A stretch of DNA of 64,000 nucleotides from Bugula neritina (Eukaryota > Animalia > Bryozoa), in contig OZ037767.1 of assembly GCA_964035545.1 (NCBI GenBank), positions 27,234,628 through 27,298,627 on the forward strand, given 5' to 3'. The translations under genes were made by a program, and so were the position numbers. Below the pieces are notes generated by a model that was given only the letters and a program-made list of their open reading frames with translations, was not told the origin of the DNA and did no database searches. Below, one piece after another: positions 15,189-27,100 of this stretch (position 1 is its first letter; every line of letters starts with the position of its first letter).

Positions 15189-18100
15189 TTAGGAAGCAAC
15201 TCTAGTTTCACCACAGCTCAAGTTTTCAGCATATGTGACATCACCAATAGGCGGCCATGTTGGATCCTTCCGCATATCCATAGCAACACGCTTATATTTA
15301 TTATTAGGTAGCCTCTTTCGCCTAACATATCTACTAAGGGTCTGGAATGCTTCAGTGTCAGATACAAACACCTAAAAAAATAGAGTTTATGTAACTTGTA
15401 GCAGAGCTCGTCCAGGCATTTCATAAATCGTTATAATGTACAATCAGTATTTATTATTTATGACCACTCTCAGTCAGAAACACCACTACCAATACTTTTA
15501 TCATACTTTTATAAATTGAAGGGTTACACAAGTTGGCTTTGAAAGGAAATTTATAAATAGTAAGAAATTAATTTTCGAACTAGTCCACAAGAAAAATATT
15601 AAAATAAAAATGAACCGGTCTTAAAAATGGTTGTTAAAAAGAGCCGGGTAAAACTATGATACATTTGTTAACTCAGTTCACAGCTGAGTTAACAAATGTC
15701 AAGCGATAGCATGTAGAACAGATGGGCAGTTGCAGGTTCTTGTTATAGGATGTCATGAAATATTCACATCATTTACAAAATCCCATAAGCCACAGCCTAC
15801 CTCTATGATAAAGCTTCCCAAGAAGTGTATGGTGACAGCCAGTAGCAAAATGATCTTAAAACCATAATGCTCAATACCAATATGCACCATCTAAAATATA
15901 CATCAGGTGTGTACATTCTCAAATATATTGTTGGATAGAAAATACCAAACTAAGCAAAATGTATTAAGACCATACTTACTGTAAGAAAAGTCTCCAGAAA
16001 AGTGGGTGGATAAAACAATAGCAAGAGTGAGAGCAGAGTCAACAGTATAGCTGAGATAAAGAATGGCTCTAAAACAAGTTGAAATAAACTAATATAGTGA
16101 TATATCACACCATGAAACATAATATGCTATATGCTATATGCTATACGCATTTCATAACAATTTACTAAAAGCATAACAATAAATTTTTAGCAAATATTTC
16201 AGGTGAATGTGCTAATTGCTGAGAGAGGTACAAGACAGTGAAAAAGTAGTCATAAAGTAGGGGTGTTACAGGACCTGCCAACCATAAAACTATATAAACT
16301 CCCACAACTAAATATACATTGTAGTACAGCAATGGGGGCCCGTGTAGCAGTTGTGGTGTAGGATCAGGTATAGCAGTGTTGACAAATCACTTACTATTGG
16401 TCCATATACGTTTCCTATAGGGAGGCCCAGTGCTGTAGTTGACAGCCAGAGTTATATATTGAAAGCTGGACACTATAAACACCACAGTTGTCTCATAAGT
16501 CACTGTATCAAAGTCACCACCTGGCTTGGGTATATTCTTAACAAACCTATAAAATAGTCCGTACTGACGTGACATCTTGTATTAATTATACATGAATATA
16601 AAATAATATATATGAACTTTTTTGATTTGTTACTTATGCAGTGCACTAACCAGTATTGCTTCTGTAGATACAAATAGGTCGCCACTTGCACTGCAGTCAT
16701 GAGAATAATTTGAGCAAAGAGAGCAAACATGGAGGAGAAGGAAAGAAGACCTCCACGGGGTCGTTGAGCAACTAGTTTATGGTAGGCGTGTGTGTGTCCC
16801 ATAAGAATGGCCACAGTGGTCGTGATCAATAAGTCTATATACAGGAACTGCGTGTCCCCGAGATTACTTCCCGCCTAGAAGGTCAAATGAAGGTTACACC
16901 AATCAAAGGAACACAGCGTTGAAAAAATATTTGAAAAATATTAAAAAAATTTAAAAAGGTGCTGAAAATACAGAAAAAGCAGAACCAAATAACGTAAAGT
17001 AATATAAACTCACTGAGTAAAGTAATATAAACTCATTGAGTAGAGTAATATACACTCACTGAGTATAGTAGTATAAACTCACCCAGTAAAGTAGAATGAC
17101 AGAAACAAACTGTATCAGACTGTATAGCGCCATGTATTTGAAACATCCAAAGGAAGTAGTCAAAGCGGCCCGCCCCTCTCTACAATAGAAGCAAAACTGC
17201 AGAATATATAAACCATGACATACACATCTCGATAGTATCAAAATACAAAGTTAATTCTAAAATATGGAACTTGAAAAGACATTATATTTTACAAATATTT
17301 ATTAACCAATAGCTTTACATTACAGGCTTATTGCTGAATGAAGGAAATATTGTATCTACTCACCTGATGACGGTGGGCACGCAGCTGATGTTAGGTATTT
17401 TAGATGTGAAGGGACTCGCAACACTAGCTTCAGCTTCACTGAGAGATATACCAGCATGAGCAGCTTTAAGGGCAGAGCAATCATTCGCCCCGTCTCCACA
17501 CATTCCTACGCCATAGCCTAAGGCTTGGAGTTGTTCTACCAGCTGAGCCTTTTGCTCAGGGCCCATTCTGGCAAACACTACAGCAGAGTTAACCACACAT
17601 GAGACACCAGATAGAACTACAGACAGAACTGCAAGGAGAAGTAATGACTGACACCTACCGGCTCCTTTCAGACAGATCCTAGGCATCAGAGACGAGAAGT
17701 GATCCATGAGTACAGCAAATGATTTGCCATCCACAGTGAGACAGAAGTCCTGAGCTGCGCCACCACCTGGATCTTGGTAGGGACTCTGGAAAGAGAGCAC
17801 AACTCTAAAGCTTAGCCAATAGAAACCACCAACACATCTGATATCTCTCAGCATTGACCTCTAGACATACTAGATATACTCACATCATGAAACTCGTAAT
17901 CTGTGGTCTCTGACTCCACGTGGGGGACTTCATGAGACACCCACTCTATCTGAGCTGGTCTGTTTGCTGTCGGTGGTGACGCCTGCACTTGAATCACACG
18001 CTGACGTCTGCCTATGATGCTACACTCTCTGGCCACAGAGACAGCTGTTAGAATATTATCTCCTGCAAACAAGAGGCATATTAGAGATATTATAAAGTCT

Positions 18101-21100
18101 ATATTATTTTAAATACGTCGCTAAGCATAATGATTGCAGTAACAGAAATTGATTAACATAGCATACAAATTTGTAAAAAAAATGCACGAGTTTATGTTTT
18201 GTCTAGTTCAACATCTGACGACAAAACAATAATTCAATTAATTCAGTGTGCTACATAAAGACTAGCTACCAACATCTCATGTAAAACAGGCTACTTCATA
18301 AATATCAGATATAATAAGATGAAACTTTTTGAACTGACCTGTCACCATAACAGTCCTAATGTTGGCTTCATTCAGCAGCTTTATAATAGGAGTTGTCTCT
18401 GGTTTCAGACTATTTTGCATGATGAGCAGTCCGGTGAAGGTCATATCTACTTCTACTTGATCTCTAGTCACACGCTGGGCTTGAATCCATGAGAGATCAT
18501 GAAGAGGTTTGTGCGCTAAAGCAATGACTCTGAAACCTTGCATAGTGTAGCCTTTCAGCACTTCAGCGAAATCGGAAGGAACTGAAATATGAATTTGGCT
18601 TTTGAAGACGTGACCCAATACATTACATGTAGTGAACTGTCAATGTCTGTATATATATATTCAGCGGTTATACAGTTTGTGTCCACAGCACTTTCTAGTT
18701 CACCGTATTCAACATGTTACACAAACCATTTACATTTACTATAGCTCTTAATACTAATCATTTATTATAAAATTAAAACTACTCTCCATATTGTCAACAG
18801 TAGCTGGTGCCTGGTGTGAAACATTAAATTCTGAGATATAGTCCACTTTATCAGAGTATAGGTAGCCATTTGTGATACAACACAGGTTCAAATCAAAACA
18901 ATATTTCAGGTTTACAAATAAGATTAAAAAGATGTGTACTTATATTAGAGTTGAACACTGTTGGTGGTTCAAGGAGAATTACTTACTTGTTTGGGGAAGA
19001 CAAAGAGAAGTTATCTTCTCAGGAGCACCCTTAGCATAGAGTTCCATGAAATCTTTACCCAGCGTCCTGGTGATGACACTCATTCTCTGTAGACTAGAGG
19101 AAAACGTGAACTGCTTTACTATGCCTATCTCGTACGGACTCTACAATACACAGGGCAACCTTCACCGTATGGAGAGAAACAACTTTACATTTATGAGACA
19201 AAAATATTTCAGGGACTTAGTTATAGCATGTGGGACTTAGCTATAGCATGTGGGATTTAGCTATAGCAGGTGAGATTTAGCTATAGCATGTGGGACTTAG
19301 CTATAGCATGTGGGACTTAGCTATAGCATGTGGGACTTAGCTATAGCATGTGGGATTTAGCTTTAGCGCTATAGCATGTGGGATTTAGCTATAGCAGGTG
19401 AGATTTAGCTATAGCATGTGGGACTTAGCTATAGCATGTGGGACTTAGCCATAGCTTCCTGAAAATATTGACGTCCCCAACTTTCCAAGAACTATTACAA
19501 GAAACAATGGCTTTGCTACTACAAAAGCATACAAGGAGTAAGAAACATTCTAACATAAGCTAACATAAAATACAACAACTAAGACTTTGCATGCAGGCAT
19601 CTAACCTGAGGGCTAAAGTCACCAGGAAATGTGGTTGGTGAATAAAGAAATATGTATACCAGAGTAACCAAACCAGAAGCCTGTATTGCACTAGTGGGAA
19701 GGGAAGCAACTATGAGGGGAAGTTGTTCGTATAAAGCAGTATTGATGTCAGGGAAACAGTCACACCTGGTTCTGAGGATAGGGCAGCAAAAATATAGAAT
19801 AGTTAAGACTCTTAGAATCACAAAGACTACAGAAGGGGAGAAACTATTGGAGCTAGAGATGAATGAAGAGTGACTAATAAATAATTATGCCCACCTGCAT
19901 ATATTGAGAGATAACGTACTTTAAAGAAGTATAGAGGGACTATTCTAAGCAACTTTGTGATTTACTTTAAAAGTGTTTTAAGTTAGGAACAGACAACTTC
20001 AAAGTACGACTGAAGCAAGCATATTATTGCTAGCTGTAAAGTAGGGAGCGGCTAGCCTGCCTCTCTCAAACACCTCAAAAACACAAAATTTCCAATACTT
20101 AGAAATGTTAGTTGGTGTCACTTTTACTCTCAAAAGCTGACCGAGTATAAGCAGCAGAAGTACTATTGTAAAACTCAGGTCAAGTGGTGGGCACATTCAT
20201 TCATGTGGGAACCTACTTAGCTTAGCGCAAATCCTAAGATTAAATCAAAATATCAAGAAGAAAGTAAAGCTATTGACAAACACGTGCAGACTTTCGCTTA
20301 CAGAACTTTATAGAACTATGCATGTACCAAGTTGCCAATATTTTATAGTATATGGTCAATCAGACATGGTTCCATAACATGAAGGGTATTCATATTGTAA
20401 GGGTAATTTATATCCACCCCTATTAACACGACCTAATTCCTGTACGTTATATGGTAAATATACACTACTTTACATAAAATGGGTCATGCTTACAGATGCT
20501 AAAAATTATATATGATTTACAGAAGATGAAACAAAAGTTTCCAAATATGTATTGAGATTGTTCTATTATCTACAGCAAGCACCTTGACAGCACTACACAC
20601 ACCTGAGAACTAGCGCCAGGTGACACAGGTGTCAGATGTGAGGCTAGAGAAGAAACAAAGGTAATGACATAGCAAAGCGCACACCAAAATATAAGCTAAG
20701 TGTTAATGAAAAGGTGAGAACAATACAGATCACATCACAAATGAATGAAGAAGCACCTGCTGTGACTGTAACCTTGACATGGGTATATGCTCGGCATTCT
20801 ACAAGAACATCATGACCAAATAAACAGCAACGGGGTGAAACAACCGCTAGTGTGCAGGAAGAAAAGGTTAGAGTATTACAGATAAAGGCAGTAAAACATT
20901 CAACCAACATTCAGTCCGTGCCACAGTACAACAAATAAGGAATAAATACATGAGACAATGATGTGCCTTGCATCTTTCTGATGAAATCCAACGACATAAA
21001 TGAGAAGAAAATTCTAAGCACAATATAGCAAAGCAAAGATAAACATACGAAAATACATGCTTATTAAAACAGCATAGCTCATGAGGCCATGCTTATTAAA

Positions 21101-24100
21101 ACAGCATAGCTCATGAGGCAGCATATCTACAGAGCAGCTGACTGAGCTCACCTCAATGCCAGGGAACATTTCTACAGTCGGCTCTCTGCCTTCCGGAGGT
21201 CTCACCACTGTAGGCATGATGGTGTCAAACCTGGATGTGTCTTCCCCTGGCTCCTCTAAGGTCTGCGATATATAATATAAAGTATATAATATACAATATG
21301 CAATACACAATATATAATATACAGTATATAATACACAATATATAATACACAATATATAATATACAATATATGTATAATACACAATATATAACAAATATAT
21401 AATATACAACAGAGAGTATTAATGTTGGAAAGAAAGTTCAGTACTTCTAAATACGTGTATTCCGTGTAGTTGCTTAACAAAATATAGGCATAGACAGCTG
21501 CAGCATTGAATAAAAATAATGATTGACTTTATTTAATAAAAATCTAGCAAAAACAAATACTATGTATACAAACTCCCTATCTAATAAACAAATTTGGAAA
21601 AATTGGACAATTAAGGTGTGTCCTACTAGCACCATTACAATATTAACAAATACCCACAACAGCATACTATAGAATTTACAACAGTATACTACAATATTCA
21701 CACACTAACAGCACCCTACCACAGTATTCACACCATTATCTTACAATACTTTTGCATACCCAATGAGTAGCTTCAAACATCTTGAGGTCTAGAGGGTCCC
21801 CATTGAGCTCTCCACCCATGCGTGTCAAAGAATGACACGTGGCCATGGCTGAAATGAAAGGGCCACGAGGTAGCTGACCTGAATCATGGTACACCTGGTG
21901 TAACCTGAAATATCATATTTTTATATTCATAAATCACATCAAATTTTCAACCAGATACTATTAGCTTACTGTATCGGTTTTGTGTCAGTGTCTGGGTGAA
22001 TAATAAACTTTAACTATTAGCCAACTTGGCAACAGGTTTTCAAGTTTATTTACTCTCAAATCGTACCAATATTGATGCATAGATAAACTTCTTAGCCATC
22101 ACAATGCCAAAACCAATGGTCTATTCTCACAAAGAGTGTAAATATTGGAATCTAACTGTGTGCTCCTATAATGTTAAAAATCCTCCTCTTTGGCTGTTTG
22201 ATTATAACACACTGACTTGTGCTGTGTAGTGAATTATAGCACTAGCCCTGCCAGCTAATAATAGCTTTTAGTGAATGTGTTAAAGCCTGAAAGCTTTAAT
22301 GATTGGTGGCATACCAATACACTTACTAACAGCTAGTTGCGATTTTTAAATTAAAATTAAACATATTCTTCGCGCAGGCTAAATTATTTTTTCTGAATAG
22401 TTACAACTTGCCATAATGGCAGATATGAGAGTGAAATATATTACATCTGTATATAGGTGAGTGTTTGGTCACATGATCACATCAAGTACATTCATGAAAC
22501 TTCACTTCAATCAATCAATCAATCATTATCTAATCACAGGTGAGTCGACTGGGTCAAGATTTACAAGAGTTAAATTTGTAAGCAGCTTTGAAAAATGAAC
22601 CATTTGCTGGTAGAGAAACCCTGACTCTTACTAATGGCATTGAAATGTAGCCTGAAAACTTAGATACTTAAGAATTGGTTCAATAGAGAGCAAGTTCGCA
22701 AGCCACAAAGCTAAATAAATAGATGATGTAGAACTTAAACTACACACAATATTTTTCAGTATAACAGAACAGCTGCTCACCCTTCACCTAATGCTGGAAC
22801 CATGCCCCACAGATCTAGCCCATCTTCTGTGAGAGTTCCAGTCTACAGAGGAATAAATGTCAAGGTTATACAACTCCTTCATACTTAACACCTGAGAGGA
22901 GTAATTAAATATAACCAGTAAATTGTCTTCAGAACACAGTATTAATTTCAAATGGCTTCTTCAAACACTCTTGCAAGAAGCTTCTGTTACATAACTTAGT
23001 ACAATAAAGTGCATACCACGCGATCAATAACTATATGTACAGGTTTATTACTTTGTCAAAGCAGAATAGTTTGAGTTTTCCACATAGATTTATTCTTGGC
23101 GGGCTGATACAGAAGATGCCCGCAGTTTTCAGTCTACGTTGGGCGTACACCATGCCGACAGTCATAGCGGCGGGTAGAGCAGGGGGGACAACTATTGTTA
23201 CAATGTCCAGCACTCTCTTGATGACCACCGACATGGGTTGCTACAGAAATAAACACTACTCTGCTAACAGTCAGTAATTTTATAACTTGATGGTTTACAG
23301 GAAGAAAGATTATATGACCCAGACAAACATTACAGCTGCTTTTATATTAAATACACTATATTAAACATTGTACAATAATACAGTGTTATTCTAATTTATA
23401 TCATAATACAACGTTGTTCTATGTTATATTATAATGCAATTATAATGCAATGTTGTTATGTTATATTATAATACAACTATAATACAATGTTATTCTACAT
23501 TATATGACATCATATACTAATACTAGAACTACTAAAATAACTCTTACATGATATTTGGTCATAATATAGATGGTGAATGACATTCCAACCAGAGCAATGG
23601 CGGCCAGCACCAGGATAAACCGGATGGACTCCTGGTAGAACTTGAAGTCCATGGGTTTAGGAAACATAATAGAACGTATGAGCTCCCCTTTAGCAGTCTG
23701 GAAACCTGTAACAGTATATGATGACGTAACACATACAATAACGACTGTAGCACTGCTGAAGTAGCACTAGTATCAGGCCCAAATATTGAACAAGTACGAC
23801 GCAACTAAATATCTTCCACCCTGTCATTCTTTAGTCTGAAAGGTAAGAGAATAAATCTAAGACTAGAATAGATAAATTTATATACCGGTTGGTGTAAATA
23901 AATTATTACACAGTATTTGGACTCTAAGTATTGACATTTGAATATTAATCTTTAGACATTCCTGGCCAACAAGTCATAGTTTTGGCAACAGTCTTCTCTC
24001 TTAACTATAAAGACTAATAACTATTAACTAGCAGCAAGTACTAAGTAACCAGTAATATACAGGCGCACAGAGTCTCTAGTACAGAGAATTATTTAAGAGA

Positions 24101-27100
24101 AACCTGTGCGGATAACAGTGGCTTTCACTGTGGCATTTCCATAGTATCTAGTCTGTAAGACTTGAGTGCCACAGAAGAGAACGTGTCTTTTATACTCATT
24201 AGGACAGAACTTTTCTTCAGCTCTCGTGTGAGGAAGGGGGGTTTTGGTCACTGGCACGCTTTCACCTGATGAATAAAAATAACACAAGCTATTAAATAAT
24301 TATAATGGCAGTTGTTATGGACAATCACAGCTCAATGACAAACCCATGTCCAGAAAAAGCTATATGAAACAAGGTAGTTATACAAATTGAAATAACTACA
24401 ATAATTTAAATAGGCACTGCAACACTGAAATATAATTTTATATTTTTAAAAACAATATTCATAATTTCAAAGCAGATATTTAGTTTTTTTTTTCTAAAAC
24501 AAGGAAATTTGAATTTTGCAAATTCAACTAAATTAATTTGGAGAGACACGGATTAGCACCATCAATGTGAGCTGAATGGGTTAGAAGATCAGTATAAATT
24601 ATGATATAAATTGACCAACAAGAGGAAACAACTCCATTACCTGTGAGCATAGCTTCATTGACTATACAGTTTCCTGACATCAGCACGGCATCACAGAGCA
24701 TCATACAGCCATTGGCTGGAATCTCGATGACATCACCAGGGACTAGCTCATAGTTGGTGATGGTTTTCTTTACTGTGAAATATTATATATATAATCCAAT
24801 GTGTGCCAATAGAGGAAATATTAGGTATCTTATAAGTTTATACCAAAAACAAAGGTTTTAATAAAATAACTAATAGTGAAAATGAACACATTACAACTAG
24901 CCTAAAATAAAAAAGTATAAGTATCCATAGCTGTATTGGTATGCCACCCAAATGTATTGGCAGGCAGCCAATCATTAAAGCTTTCAGGCTTTAAAGCTTT
25001 CACCAAAGCTATTATTAGCTGGCAGGGCTAGTGCTAATTCACTGTACTGCATGAGTCAGTGTGTCATGATCAAACCGCCAGAGAGGAGCATTTTTAGCAT
25101 TATACGCACACACAGTTAGACTCCAATATTTACACTCTTTGTGAAAATAGACTATCGGTTTTGGCATTGTGATGGCAAAGAAGTTTATCTATGCATCAAT
25201 ATTGTAAGTTTTATTAGAATTATAATAGATCATGTCAATTTGTTTGGTTCTGTGATGTTCATAGTGTTTCTCTGACTTTTGATTTATATTGTTACTACTT
25301 ACTTACACAATTTCTATTTTTTCCCATTTTTCTAGGGTACGATTTGAGAGTAAATAAACTTGAAAACCTGTTGCCAAGTTGGCTAGTAGTTAAAGTATAT
25401 CATTCAACCAGACACTAACACAAAACCGATACAATAGCACCTATAACTCACCATTGTCCTTTGAGACAGTGTTGGTTGGTTCAACAGGAGTCTTCACCAT
25501 GTCATGTAAAGTAATAGCTTGCTGAAAGAGAAAATAACTAATAAAATGCTCTGCAGTTCAATATGAAAGGTCAAGTACATTGAAAACAGTGAATAATATA
25601 ATACATTAATGATTAAAGCATTAAAATACTAAAACATAGTATAACATAATACAATACAATGCAACATAGTATAATAAAATAGATCGTAACATTATATAAT
25701 ACAATATAATATTACATAGTCCAGGGAAAGAGAACTCTATTATACTGCTCTCAATGTGAGGTAGAAATTGTTTTTACAATTTTCATTAAAACTGGTTTAT
25801 AATAGAGAACAGCCAAATTCACAAGTATAAAAGTTAACATTAAACATTTAGCCTAACGGAAAAAATTAATATTACTTAAGCCTGATATTTACCAATTAAA
25901 ACACTTCATTGTTTTGTTATAAACAAATTACATGTATTGTTTTGGCCATGTATGATTATAAAGTGACAAATAATCATTAATATATAAAAATAATACTGCT
26001 GCCCACCTTCTTTGTTTCATATAAAGATATAGCAATAGAAATCAGAGATATGAAAGCAATGGTGGCAGCATAATAGTAATAGTTATCTGACATCCATAAA
26101 CCTATGCTGGCAATCTGGAAGATGTAGAATGGATTGAGTACCTACAATAACATAATAAAATAATACAATAATATAATAAAACAATACAATGATATAATAA
26201 AACAATACAATCATATAATATACACAACTTCAGTACTCACTAGTCACCAATACGTGTGAGGAAATATAACACTCAATTATATACTGCAATTATATTGAGA
26301 ATGAAATGATGACTACAGCTTGGCAGAACTAAAGTTTTCACTTTTATAGCAAATAAAATGTTCAATTACAAAAACTTTACATTATAAACAATAAACAATA
26401 AATAAATACATAAAAATTAAGACATAATCACCTCCTCAACAAACAATTTCCCATAAGATTTCACTTCTACATCAATCTCATTCTTTCCATAAACAACTTC
26501 TCTAAAATTAAGTAAACATTGTCGCATGTGATGAATGGTAACTTAAAATGCAGCATTTGGACTGTTACTTGAAAATTGAAATGAAAGAGTAATTTATAAC
26601 CTCTGTCTTTAATTAATTGTTTAAAGATATTATGCCATATAGTACTTTGTGACTGACTAAATTTAAGCAGCTTCGTGTTCTGTACAATACGAAACTAGAT
26701 ACATAGATATATAGGACGATTACCATGTATAAGAAATCATTAGAACACACATACAACACAATGGAACTTATTTCTCTAATCCACAAGTATTTATGCTGGT
26801 AAGCATTAGCTAATCTCAGGGGTTCTGCTGACACAGGAGAATACTAAAAAGGCAGAAGACAAGATATTTCTAGAACTGAGTCTATAAATCTCGCAAGTCA
26901 AACTTACAGAGCAACTCTCTGGCTCTCGTCATTTCCTTCAAACTTCTCATGAAAATCCATACATTTGACTCCAGTATCCAGACCATGAAGTCTTTCATAG
27001 TTTGAAGTTGAGGGTGTCCATATATACCTCACATTATGATGGTCTAGGTATCTAAAGATCTTAGCCTACAAACATTCTCCAACAAATGGAATGGGATGCT

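Noticed and set aside
19212-19455. CRISPR-like appearance of a short palindromic repeat array
   Set aside because: Units are head-to-tail with no unique spacers, there are no cas genes, and the context is a eukaryotic intron.
21014-21701. Tyr/Ile-rich ORFs, and the YDYH-rich ORF at 46717-46911
   Set aside because: Products of low-complexity intronic repeats; only the embedded ATP13A3 exon (~21263-21152) is coding.
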